Below are positions 44,982 to 54,297 of a stretch of 55,092 bases of DNA, piece after piece. The notes under the pieces were generated by a model. The model was not told where the DNA came from. It saw nothing but the letters and a program-made list of their open reading frames with translations, and made no database searches. Numbering within the stretch: position 1 is the first letter of the stretch; each line of letters starts with the position of its first letter. The position numbers and the translations under genes were made by a program. The stretch covers positions 1-55,092 of the IMG/VR virus record IMGVR_UViG_3300037882_003063, one strand, 5' to 3'. Source of the stretch: a virus. Lineage: Duplodnaviria > Caudoviricetes.

Positions 44982-45997
44982 ATTAAACTCCCTAGCGCCA
45001 ATCTAGCCATAACTTCTTGATGTGTAAGCCCAGAGCCGCCGCCGCCAGATATTTGAGCTTGAGCAATATAAAGTAACCCGTTACCTCCAACCCCGACAGA
45101 ATAGCTATCGCCCGATACGCCAACAAACGCAAAAAAATACAAAATACCTGTGTTGGCGCTTATGCAAACAAGTATGTTTCTACCGTGCAGCGTACCAATC
45201 TCCCATCCACTAAAACGAGTCCAATCCCCAAAAGCGTTGTAAAGCCACAACCCACCCAAGCTAGTGCCGCCGTTTGTTGCATCAACCGCAACGAGAGCGC
45301 CGTTTGCAAAGCCCGCCGTTTGTATATTTGGCGTGGAAACACCATTTGGGACACCCGAAACAAGGTTAATTACATCATCATCAAAAGTAGCTTCTACTCT
45401 ATAAATACCCTCTGTTGGGGTTGTTTGACTAAAAATGTCAGTAGTCCAGCCACTAATTCCTAATCTGGTTTGATGCAAAAACGAAGGTGCGCCCCGTTGT
45501 AAAGTGTATATAACTAACACATTCCCGTCTACTCGGAATAAACTTGGATTTGGGATTTCTGCACCGTCTTCAAAACCTCTAGCCCGAGTCCATTCTGCTG
45601 TCGAATTATAGACCCAAATCCCACCCCATTTAGTATTGTTACCTATCACCGCATCAATCACAATTAAGTTACCATCAATTGCAGTTCCCACAAAAGGAGT
45701 AACAGCACCAGACGGAGGGGCGGCGTTGGTAAACAGCGAATCATCAGTTATAGCGGTCACTGTTTTTATTGCAGTAGCATAGTTGTTCTCGGCTTGCCAC
45801 GTTGTACCTGTCCAAAATACAGTCCTCGAGCTACCAGCCCAATCCGTGCATTGTGCCTTTGCCCCGATGTCCCCTACTCCCAAACCAAGGGCGTTAAGTA
45901 CAGCCAAAGTCCCTCTTGGAATAGCCACATGGTCATTAGTGGGCAACTGACTAATTGTGCTATCAGGCAGTAAAACTAACGGCTTGCGTTCTGCCAT
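44978..45997 (-). CDS. Fibre-like protein with a duplicated domain
   Basis: GGIWVYN...WTR and GGLWLYN...WTR repeats. Confidence 0.55.
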   Translation of the reverse strand: MAERKPLVLLPDSTISQLPTNDHVAIPRGTLAVLNALGLGVGDIGAKAQCTDWAGSSRTVFWTGTTWQAENNYATAIKTVTAITDDSLFTNAAPPSGAVTPFVGTAIDGNLIVIDAVIGNNTKWGGIWVYNSTAEWTRARGFEDGAEIPNPSLFRVDGNVLVIYTLQRGAPSFLHQTRLGISGWTTDIFSQTTPTEGIYRVEATFDDDVINLVSGVPNGVSTPNIQTAGFANGALVAVDATNGGTSLGGLWLYNAFGDWTRFSGWEIGTLHGRNILVCISANTGILYFFAFVGVSGDSYSVGVGGNGLLYIAQAQISGGGGSGLTHQEVMARLALGSLI

Positions 45998-45999
45998 GA

Positions 46000-46677
46000 T
46001 TACACCAACTTTATAGGTAGGTTGTTCTGGAAGTTAATTGCCGTGGCGCTTACAGCTACGCCGATGATTTGTGAAATATGCCCTGCCGTTGTTGGCGGCG
46101 TTGCTGTTGCCAAACCCGCCGTTGTTGGGCTAAGGAAAACGACACCGCTAGTCATACCTGTTACTTGGGTGTTTGTGCCTTCAAAATAAACGGTTGCGGG
46201 TGCAGCCGCAGCCACAGCAGTCAAAACGAAGCCGTGAGCTTCTTTGCCACTCGTTGAAGCATCTGCTTTGCGTACCCCAGAAGCCCAGACGTTCACAAAG
46301 TCACCAGCAGCTAGGGCTTCGCTTGCCGTGATAATGGCAGTATCCGCTCCGATACCAACAGGCAAAAAGCTATTGTCGAGACGACCCGAAGCGTCAAGAG
46401 CGGGTATTTTACCAGAGTCACCAGCCCCCGCGCTCGAAACTTTGGAATTGACTATGGTCGCATCCAAAACGCCGTTTGCGTTCAACTGTGGGATTTTTGC
46501 CGCATCACTTACCCCCGCGCTTGTATTTTTCGCGTTAAGTAAGGCGGGTGAAATAATTCCGCCCGTTGTTGTAGAAACAAGTTCGTTCACCAAGGGTGTG
46601 TCACCTGCAACGTTTACACTTCGTTGCTCCTCGAGTTGCCCCTGTGCGTTCTTGAATAATGCTTTCTTGCCAGCCAT
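46000..46677 (-). CDS. Head/tail fibre protein
   Basis: KIPxLxAxGxLD repeats; C-terminal FLSPTTAG...IIGVAVSAT domain. Confidence 0.6.
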   Translation of the reverse strand: MAGKKALFKNAQGQLEEQRSVNVAGDTPLVNELVSTTTGGIISPALLNAKNTSAGVSDAAKIPQLNANGVLDATIVNSKVSSAGAGDSGKIPALDASGRLDNSFLPVGIGADTAIITASEALAAGDFVNVWASGVRKADASTSGKEAHGFVLTAVAAAAPATVYFEGTNTQVTGMTSGVVFLSPTTAGLATATPPTTAGHISQIIGVAVSATAINFQNNLPIKLV

Positions 46678-46678
46678 A

Positions 46679-47179
46679 TTATCCTCCGATGAAAATTGCG
46701 TCTCGTTGAGAGACAAAGAGGGCGGTTGTTGAAGTTGCTAATCCGATTATTAAGCTAAAGCTACCGCTTGAGCTTGGTGGTGCTTGGGTAAGGTATCCGT
46801 TAAGCCCAAGAAAAACAGGTTGATTCGGAATCCAATTCCAAGATGGTTCGGTGATATTGCCAAGAACAACGACATTCACCGTACCGCCTATGATAGCAGC
46901 ATTCAGGCTTACGCCCACCAACTCCAAACTGTGAATTGGATTGTCATTACTCGCATAATCCAAGCCGTTATTTGTTTGTATCACGGCTCGATGCCCCGAC
47001 ATATTGATTGCGGCAGGAGCGGCAAAAAAAGTACCACTTTGCGGTAAAGCTGCACCATCAATGCCGTCACGCCCGTCAGCGCCTTTCACCCCTTGCCGAC
47101 CAGCTAAAACAACAGGTCTTTGCGGCTTTGGAGCAATAGCAAGGACTACGTGAGGCTTGACGATGATGTTAGGGGGCAT
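46679..47179 (-). CDS. Fibre protein with a short collagen-like segment
   Basis: GRQGVKGADGRDGIDG; C-terminal domain paralogous to 46000..46677. Confidence 0.6.
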   Translation of the reverse strand: MPPNIIVKPHVVLAIAPKPQRPVVLAGRQGVKGADGRDGIDGAALPQSGTFFAAPAAINMSGHRAVIQTNNGLDYASNDNPIHSLELVGVSLNAAIIGGTVNVVVLGNITEPSWNWIPNQPVFLGLNGYLTQAPPSSSGSFSLIIGLATSTTALFVSQRDAIFIGG

Positions 47180-47540
47180 TAGAAACCTCGGTCACGATTG
47201 AAATATCAAAAGTCGCGCCTGTTGTTGGGAGTGAGTCACCCGCAAAGTAAATGTCGAGGTCAGCTACATAACTTGTTTCCGTCATAATAGCCCAAGCAGC
47301 AGGATTCATTTGCCACATCACAATTCCAGTCAAAGGAGCGACAGTAAGCCCGTTCCCAACAGTCATGGAGTAAAGGCGGGGTGAACCCCGCCTTTTTGCA
47401 ATGTCGAATTGGATTGTTGCGCCGCTCAGGTTTATTGCTGTGAATAAATCTTCGCCGACCACAGCAAGCTCGACACCAGACTTATTGCCCCTGTAAAGAC
47501 GTAGTTCATATTTTGGCGGTACAAGGTCAATTACATTCAT
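47169..47540 (-). CDS. BppU-N-like structural adaptor
   Basis: LYRGN...INLSGATI...YVADL pattern. Confidence 0.5.
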   Translation of the reverse strand: MNVIDLVPPKYELRLYRGNKSGVELAVVGEDLFTAINLSGATIQFDIAKRRGSPRLYSMTVGNGLTVAPLTGIVMWQMNPAAWAIMTETSYVADLDIYFAGDSLPTTGATFDISIVTEVSNAP

Positions 47541-47547
47541 ATAAGCC

Positions 47548-48045
47548 TTAAACTTTGGCGATTCTGATGATGCTTGTTGGTGTTTGGTGTTGCTCGAGCG
47601 GGATTAGTTGTAACGCCCCGCCAAAGTCTATACCAAGTTTTGTAACGGTTGTGTTTTGTGCAACCCAAAGTTTGCCTTCAAAAAGAATCACAACACCAAT
47701 ATGCCCCCATTGAGGCGGGAGGTTATTCCAAAAAACTAAGTCGCCCTCCTGAGCGGTTTGCACAACCCAGTTGGGGCGCTGCTGACGTAATAACGACTCG
47801 AGTTCTTTGGCGCTTGGGTTAGAGTCAACACCAGTCACCAGTGAGTAAAACCCACGGTCAGGCAAGCCAAGGGCGGTTTCAATTACGCGCCGTGCGAATT
47901 GAAGGCAAAAATTCCAGTCTTTGGTTATCCCTGACACTTTGCCACGTAAGGCATCAAGAGCCGCCTTGGTGATTTTTTTGGGTAAAGGTAGGACGGGTTT
48001 GATTGCTACAGGCTTAACGGTCTTCACAGGCTTTGTCATAGGCAT
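47548..48045 (-). CDS. CHAP/NlpC-P60 cell-wall peptidase (probable endolysin)
   Basis: NFCLQFAR, EGDLVFW, WGHIGV, AQN motifs. Confidence 0.8.
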   Translation of the reverse strand: MPMTKPVKTVKPVAIKPVLPLPKKITKAALDALRGKVSGITKDWNFCLQFARRVIETALGLPDRGFYSLVTGVDSNPSAKELESLLRQQRPNWVVQTAQEGDLVFWNNLPPQWGHIGVVILFEGKLWVAQNTTVTKLGIDFGGALQLIPLEQHQTPTSIIRIAKV

Positions 48046-48530
48046 TACTCCTTTTTGGCTAATCCTTCTTTGATTAGTCCAAGCCAGTCTATATTAAACT
48101 GCCCTCGAGATAAATGCTCTGCTTTTAGCAGAGACCTACTCGAGTTGGTGAGTGAACGGGCAAACACAGCATATTTGATATGCCACACAAAAACATAACC
48201 AGCTACCATCAACGGGCTTGTGTCAGTAGCAAACTGCTCAGTTTTATAAACTTCGTTCAGGGTGTTGAATTCGTCTTCGCCCCACTTCTCGACTTCGTAA
48301 CCAACGACCCGACAGGCTTTGACGGCAAGCTCTTTGCAAAACTCAAGCCCCTCCTTTGGCGTGTCTGCGAACCTTAAACCATAAAGCAAAATTTCAATCG
48401 GTAGGCTCATCACCTCACTGACCTCAAGGAGTGGCATACCCTGAGCGATTTCTGCAATCGCTTTTTCGCTAGGCTCGAGTCCAGCCCCGCAAATCCATTC
48501 GGCGGGAACGTTAGTCCAATTTATCCGCAT
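48045..48530 (-). CDS. Hypothetical protein (possible fibre chaperone)
   Basis: GGAGG RBS; TAATG-coupled to the fibre gene. Confidence 0.55.
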   Translation of the reverse strand: MRINWTNVPAEWICGAGLEPSEKAIAEIAQGMPLLEVSEVMSLPIEILLYGLRFADTPKEGLEFCKELAVKACRVVGYEVEKWGEDEFNTLNEVYKTEQFATDTSPLMVAGYVFVWHIKYAVFARSLTNSSRSLLKAEHLSRGQFNIDWLGLIKEGLAKKE

Positions 48531-49885
48531 TAGTAAACACCTCCGATTACATTTGTAAAGCCTTGGTCGGGTGCGCCCGTTGGCGCGTAGGGGTTGAAGT
48601 CCTGAGCTACCATACGCCAAGTTGATTTTACGTTTATCGGAACGTTTTCTGGTCGGGCGTTATCGCTAAGAATCGCTAACCAAAGGCGTTTAGAGGTTGT
48701 ACCGCTAGGCACATCAATAACGAATGCCCCGCCAAAAGTACGAACGCTGTCATTTGCGTTTACTTCCTCGCTCGAGTTTGATGCTTGTGTGCCAATCAAG
48801 GTATAGTTTGGCGCTGACGGGCTACCGCCAACCGCCGCAAATGTCTGACCAATGTTGTTGGCACTTGAGAATTGACCTGATGTTGTTGCCCCGACAGCAT
48901 CACCCAAAATCACGGCTGCACTTACCACGGGTGAATAGCCGCTTTTGCCGCTATCGTCAATGCAGACAACTGATAGCGCCCCTAAGGTGAAAAGCATTTT
49001 TTTGCCAGCAAAACCCGTGAGGTTTATATCCCTATCGGCTCTAAGGTAGGTCGTTGCACCAAGGGCGCGGTAAACATGAAACTCAAAGTAACTGCCGTCA
49101 CCAGCCTCTAAGTCGTCAAGCCTGCTTTCATGGTCAGAGATTGACGCGGCTTGGTCTAGGTTTTCGGCTTCAATTGCTGTCACCGCGTCATTAAGGGCGT
49201 TTATCGAAAGCTGTTTTGCCGCAAGGTCAGCCGTGTGTCCTGCTACGGTTGCCTTGACCGCGTTTATCTCGACCTTAAGGGCTTCAATCTGAATCGCCGC
49301 AACAGCATAAGTGCGTTGAGTATTCTCAGTGGTTTGTATGTCGGCAACGGTGACAGCGCCCATACCCGCGTACATCCTCACGACTCCGATTCTGCAATCG
49401 TTCGTTGTTGGTGTGGGTGTCACGACTAAACTTACTTCGTCCCTTTGAATCCAATGCAGATTGTAAGGAGTGAAGGCAGGGTCAAAATCAGGGTTCTGAC
49501 CGCCGCCGCTCAGTAGGGCGGGTTCTGCATCAACCAAAATAAACGCTTCGGGGCTAACGTTGTAGCTTGGTCGAGCCACAATGTAAATATCTTGAGTGCC
49601 AACCAGTGGCACATAGGTCGAAACGTCAAGAGTGACCACGGCTCGATTTTCGAGGTGTCTACCAAGTTTTAGGGTTTCGTCACGAAACACACCGCGCCCC
49701 GCCGTGACTCTGACGTTAAGGCTTGGCACTGTGTTTTGTAGCAACTCGAGTCCAGTTAAAACGCCACTGCTGATGCTGTAATCAAAAAGAATCTTCTCGA
49801 GGTTCGCCCGAGGGACTTCTTGCAACATCCGATTCCAGTGTTCATCTTCTGGATTCCAATAATAACCAAAGTTTGGGTATTCCAT
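48530..49885 (-). CDS. Tail fibre protein
   Basis: Follows the baseplate I-like gene; central coiled coil; beta-rich C-terminus. Confidence 0.7.
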   Translation of the reverse strand: MEYPNFGYYWNPEDEHWNRMLQEVPRANLEKILFDYSISSGVLTGLELLQNTVPSLNVRVTAGRGVFRDETLKLGRHLENRAVVTLDVSTYVPLVGTQDIYIVARPSYNVSPEAFILVDAEPALLSGGGQNPDFDPAFTPYNLHWIQRDEVSLVVTPTPTTNDCRIGVVRMYAGMGAVTVADIQTTENTQRTYAVAAIQIEALKVEINAVKATVAGHTADLAAKQLSINALNDAVTAIEAENLDQAASISDHESRLDDLEAGDGSYFEFHVYRALGATTYLRADRDINLTGFAGKKMLFTLGALSVVCIDDSGKSGYSPVVSAAVILGDAVGATTSGQFSSANNIGQTFAAVGGSPSAPNYTLIGTQASNSSEEVNANDSVRTFGGAFVIDVPSGTTSKRLWLAILSDNARPENVPINVKSTWRMVAQDFNPYAPTGAPDQGFTNVIGGVY

Positions 49886-49894
49886 ATTTTGCTC

Positions 49895-50494
49895 CTATGG
49901 CTCGATTAAATCATAAATCATAAAGGGCGGCAATGCTGTGTTTAAGATACCAATAAGTTTTTCTTTGATACTGGCATCCCAAACAATGCCGTTTAGATTT
50001 GTAACCCGAATAATCAGGTACTCACGAGGGAACGAACGGTAAATTCGCCGCCGCCCGATTCGTGAAGTCCCTATCCTAAAGCCGTTTGTAATTTCACCGC
50101 GCCAATTGATACTAATTTCAAGCGAAGTGACAGCAGTGCCGTTTCTGAAATACTCCCAAACAATGTCCTCGACCACGCCCCTATTACTGAATTCTGCAAC
50201 CGACGATTTGCCATAATGCTTGTACCATCTTGGGATTTTTTTTAAGATGATTCTTTGGTTCACGCTCGACAAGGTTTCTGGTTGCCCTACGCGCCAGTTA
50301 AGAGTGTGAACCAAAAACACAAGCGCGTTTGTTGGGGCTAGGTCAGGGTCAGCAAGGCGCAAAACGGCTCTTTGGTCGAGCTTGTTAGCGGCTTGCTCGA
50401 GCATTGCGTTTACACCAACAAAAAGAAGTCTAGTGAACGGGCTTCTTTTTGCGCTAGGCGGGAGGAGTTGCATCATATCGCTAATTTCCGACAC
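49895..50494 (-). CDS. Baseplate wedge protein (P2 gpI-like)
   Basis: DPDLAP..L..L...W; QR.ILK.I..WYK..G motifs. Confidence 0.75.
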   Translation of the reverse strand: MSEISDMMQLLPPSAKRSPFTRLLFVGVNAMLEQAANKLDQRAVLRLADPDLAPTNALVFLVHTLNWRVGQPETLSSVNQRIILKKIPRWYKHYGKSSVAEFSNRGVVEDIVWEYFRNGTAVTSLEISINWRGEITNGFRIGTSRIGRRRIYRSFPREYLIIRVTNLNGIVWDASIKEKLIGILNTALPPFMIYDLIEP

Positions 50495-51698
50495 GGTACG
50501 CCTCCACGGTAAAGCTAATCGTTCCTGCCCTGACTATTTCATCAATTTCAAGGTCGTCAGTTGGCGTGATGGTAAGGCTTTCTCTTATAACCCTGTCTAC
50601 ATCAAATTCGTAAAGCGACCCAAGGAAACCAATTAAGTATTCCTCCTCGAGCCTAACGCCAATTGTGTAGCCCTTGCCTAACACCGTCTTGCTCGAGTCT
50701 GGATTAGGCTTGAAAAACCGCCCTCCTGTGAAGGCATCAAAGAATAGGGTCGTGTTGCTTTCGGCTGATGTTTTCACTGTAGCATTGACCGCATTAGAAG
50801 TTGCGATAATCACACCCGATACGTTCACGGCTCGAGGGCGAACACCAATCACGAATAAACCCGCATCCGTTGGGCTTGAACCTTTCAGGTGAAAGTAAGA
50901 CTTGAGGTAAAGCTGAACAGCCAAGGCATCTAAGACGCTCTGAGAAGGCGCTAGACCCGCCTCAGTCATGCAAACTAGAGTCATACACCCTGCTTTGCGT
51001 TTGAAGCCGCCTGTGGTGGGTTTTACGCCACCGTATAGCACGACCTTGGCAATGCTTGGATATGCTTCTGCCTCACTGATGTACTGTTGGGGCGTATGCA
51101 ACGACTCATTGTAAAGGCTCGAGGGTACGCGGTCACGCCATTGCTCGAGTGTTTCCCCGTCAGTGCCGCCCGTCATTGGTGTGATGTTGTAAGCCGCGTA
51201 AACGTTGCCTGTAGTCACAGGAACGGTATTACGGACACCCCTGACCGACCCGATTGTTTCAGTGTTTGACCCTGTGCCTGCAAATTCGGCTTCGTATTCA
51301 ATCGGATGCACCCCCGCCGTTGCAAAAGTGACGGTGTTACGAGCTTTGAAAACAATTCCGTTGACTTCATCTGCTACCTGATGCCCTTGAGGGATTACTG
51401 TTCCCGCGTCAACAGAAACGCCAACCATGCCCCTTGATTTTTGCGGCGGCGTTGTCTCTTGACCAATGAGTTTGCCAAGTAACAAAATCAGGCTTTCACC
51501 AAAGAGGCGAATACTACGCGAATAAAGATGGAATTGAATCCGCCCTAGCACAACACGAATTGCAGCTATGAGCGGGTCAGCATTAGCAACGTTCGTGTAT
51601 TTGCCCTCACTGCCAGCAACAACAGCAACCTTTGAGGCTTCCACTTCGTCGTCAAGGTTAAAATCTGAGTAAAGCTCTGGGAATTCAGGTGATGCCAT
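50481..51698 (-). CDS. Baseplate J-like protein
   Basis: GTVIPQG, AEFAGTGSN, GGTDGETLEQWRDR motifs. Confidence 0.9.
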   Translation of the reverse strand: MASPEFPELYSDFNLDDEVEASKVAVVAGSEGKYTNVANADPLIAAIRVVLGRIQFHLYSRSIRLFGESLILLLGKLIGQETTPPQKSRGMVGVSVDAGTVIPQGHQVADEVNGIVFKARNTVTFATAGVHPIEYEAEFAGTGSNTETIGSVRGVRNTVPVTTGNVYAAYNITPMTGGTDGETLEQWRDRVPSSLYNESLHTPQQYISEAEAYPSIAKVVLYGGVKPTTGGFKRKAGCMTLVCMTEAGLAPSQSVLDALAVQLYLKSYFHLKGSSPTDAGLFVIGVRPRAVNVSGVIIATSNAVNATVKTSAESNTTLFFDAFTGGRFFKPNPDSSKTVLGKGYTIGVRLEEEYLIGFLGSLYEFDVDRVIRESLTITPTDDLEIDEIVRAGTISFTVEAYRVGN

Positions 51699-53421
51699 AT
51701 TGCCCCCTTATAAAGTCGTCGAGTGGTAAACGGATACTCTCACCCGAATCAAGCGGGATTGAAATACCCGTTTCTGAATCAGTGTACCCGATGTTGATGT
51801 AAAGAGTATCGCCCTCAGCAGACACACTAACGCCGTCTCTGGTCAGGATGCCAAAAGCCGTTATCTTAACCTCATCAACCACAATGGGCGGTTGTTGATT
51901 TGTAAACCAATTTGCAGGGTCATTCAAAACGGTTTTGATTCGTGACGAAACAGCAGTATAAGCAGTCTCATTCATTGGTGTTCTGAGCAGCACTGAAAGC
52001 TCGAGGAGGTCAATCAGAATGCAACCTATGGTTTGCTCGAGCGCCGCTCTGCCCTCGAGTATTACGGGTCTGCCGCCTTGGAATTCAAAGCCAAGAGTTC
52101 GCAAAGTAAACGCCGCATCTTTGGGCTGAATCGGTATGATAGTTGGCGCTACTGTACCATCCGAGATTCGAGCCGCAAAGATTTTGTAGTCAAACGCGCC
52201 CGTGAAGTGTTGGAATCGCACAATACCATCATCAAGCGCCCCCGCTTCTCTTAATGAAGTAACGCCATAGGGAAAAGTTTGATACCAGAGAAAGTCTTGA
52301 CTTGGTACTGTGCTGTACATCTGGTCGTAGTTGGACTCGTTGTGAGCGTACCCGTACACAAGGTCGCCCTCGCTTGCCTCGCATGAATTTGACGCAATTA
52401 CCGAAAAGGCGTTCACCCCCGTAACGGGTTCTGACCACGAAACCGTTAAGTCTTCGAGAACTGCGCCGCGCACGATAAAACCGACCAACATAGGGGAGTC
52501 GTAAACAGAGTTGGTGTCGCCTCGAGTGAATTTGTACACAGGGGGTTCACTGCTTGTTATGGTTCTTGCCCAAAACCTTTGGAATCCAACAGCGCCTATC
52601 GAAACGTCTTTGGCTGGACTTAATGCTGTAAATTGTCCTGAGATTCTTGGGAGCATCGAATTGCCCCCGTAGTCAGAGCCTTCATGGGAACTGACAATGA
52701 TAATATCGCCCACTGTCACCACGTCTTCTAGGTACGTGGGTATTACAAGGTCTAGGTTTCTTTGCTCAAGCCCGAAGGCATCGAGGTAAAAGAATTGTAG
52801 GGTAAGAGGATAATCACTGCCGTTCGCAGAAAAGAATTCGACGACTTGGATACTATGGGTTAAAATTAAATTTGCTACGAAGGGCGTAACACCAACGGTC
52901 ACAACAACAGTATTTGATGTTTGGTCATAGTACAGTTGAATTTCTGTACCTGTTGATTCTGCGCTAGTATCCACAGCTAAAAGGCTTGTGTAGGAAAACC
53001 CGTCATGTTCCAAGACTTCGATTGCATTGCGGTTTATCAAAATCTTTATAGAGTCATCCCCTACAACTTGGGATAATGTTCTTAAGCGCAAACCGACATC
53101 ACCACCAACATACTCGGGCAAGTAAAAAAGTGTGCCTACTTCATCCAGTGGCTCGGAGTAAGACCTAGTGAGCCTACCGCCCTGATACCCATACTGGGCA
53201 AAATTCATCCAAGTATACGAGCCGTTAGTCTGGATAACAGTGTTGATGGCGTTACTTGGTGATTTTATCCAACCCTTTGAACCATCCACAAAGTCGTAAC
53301 CTACGGGGTAGTTTGTCCCGTCACTGCTAAAATTCGAGGAGTCATCAGCGCCTCCAACCACTAAATTACTTGTGAATAACCTAATGTCATACACGGGGTC
53401 AACAACTATTTCAAGTGCCAT
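51685..53421 (-). CDS. Putative gp25/W-like wedge protein with large N-terminal beta domains
   Basis: Lies immediately before baseplate J; the last ~140 aa resemble gp25 (LEQTIGCIL...LYINIGY). Confidence 0.55.
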   Translation of the reverse strand: MALEIVVDPVYDIRLFTSNLVVGGADDSSNFSSDGTNYPVGYDFVDGSKGWIKSPSNAINTVIQTNGSYTWMNFAQYGYQGGRLTRSYSEPLDEVGTLFYLPEYVGGDVGLRLRTLSQVVGDDSIKILINRNAIEVLEHDGFSYTSLLAVDTSAESTGTEIQLYYDQTSNTVVVTVGVTPFVANLILTHSIQVVEFFSANGSDYPLTLQFFYLDAFGLEQRNLDLVIPTYLEDVVTVGDIIIVSSHEGSDYGGNSMLPRISGQFTALSPAKDVSIGAVGFQRFWARTITSSEPPVYKFTRGDTNSVYDSPMLVGFIVRGAVLEDLTVSWSEPVTGVNAFSVIASNSCEASEGDLVYGYAHNESNYDQMYSTVPSQDFLWYQTFPYGVTSLREAGALDDGIVRFQHFTGAFDYKIFAARISDGTVAPTIIPIQPKDAAFTLRTLGFEFQGGRPVILEGRAALEQTIGCILIDLLELSVLLRTPMNETAYTAVSSRIKTVLNDPANWFTNQQPPIVVDEVKITAFGILTRDGVSVSAEGDTLYINIGYTDSETGISIPLDSGESIRLPLDDFIRGQYGIT

Positions 53422-53423
53422 TT

Positions 53424-53879
53424 TTACACCTCATTTATAAACGCGGATAACCTTAACAGGGCTGACTCTGCGTTTGCTTGGGCTTGCTCGAGAATGACAA
53501 TACCACCCGCCGCCGTTATTGCCGACAAGGGTAAGTTTGGAATTGCTAGGGCAGATGACACCAATTTTGTTGTTGAAGTCAAAACCTGAATCGCTAAAAT
53601 CGGCGTAATTGCACTCAAGGCAAAACGTAATTCATTCACCTCTGGTAAATCCTGCCACTGGGCAAGTTGAGTTATCAGACTCGATAACTGAGCGGCTGTG
53701 TTCGTTAAAAACTCGAGTTCTTTTGTGATGCCAGAAGTGAGTGCAATAAAGGGTTCTGCCTCTGCCCTCATTGCGTCACTTGCCTTAAACGTTTTCCTCA
53801 CAACGGTTGTGATACTCCCAATATGGGGCGTGATAGCGGCTCGAGCCTGAGCCTTGGCGGCTTCGGTAATATCGCTCAT
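53424..53879 (-). CDS. Hypothetical helical protein (baseplate region)
   Basis: ATGA-coupled. Confidence 0.6.
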   Translation of the reverse strand: MSDITEAAKAQARAAITPHIGSITTVVRKTFKASDAMRAEAEPFIALTSGITKELEFLTNTAAQLSSLITQLAQWQDLPEVNELRFALSAITPILAIQVLTSTTKLVSSALAIPNLPLSAITAAGGIVILEQAQANAESALLRLSAFINEV

Positions 53880-54283
53880 ATAACTTCACCTTTGGCGCTT
53901 ATGGGAATGCTAATCGGCACGGGCAGGGGTGTAACACCAGCAGCGAGGATTGAAGCGGCTACAAGTTGGGTGAGTTGAATACTACCCGTGATTTTTACTG
54001 TTGCCCCTTTCCTAGCGGGTTCTGAATCGTTCTCAGATAATGGTTGTCCCTCGAGTGGAAAAAATTCCATCACCCTGAATCGGTCTAGGCTTTGCCCGTA
54101 ACCAGTATCCCAAACCGCCACCTCTTGACCAACTTGGACACCTGACCCAAAAGTGCCATACCATGCGCCCAAGCCGATAACTAGGTACTCCTCCAAGCTA
54201 CCGCCTGACGTGTTGAAAGCCACTTTGATAGGTCTTAAAACGTCTTGCCTTATTTCACTGATAACGCCCAAATACATATCCAT
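53876..54283 (-). CDS. Putative baseplate spike (gpV-like OB fold)
   Basis: Follows the hub; GVI...IKV...VGQEVAV pattern; GGAG RBS at 54283. Confidence 0.6.
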   Translation of the reverse strand: MDMYLGVISEIRQDVLRPIKVAFNTSGGSLEEYLVIGLGAWYGTFGSGVQVGQEVAVWDTGYGQSLDRFRVMEFFPLEGQPLSENDSEPARKGATVKITGSIQLTQLVAASILAAGVTPLPVPISIPISAKGEVI

Positions 54284-54297
54284 AAAACTCCGTTTCG

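Noticed and set aside
43812-49885. Diversity-generating retroelement or shufflon in the fibre region
   Set aside because: No reverse transcriptase, no TR/VR pair, no recombinase or repeated crossover sites seen.
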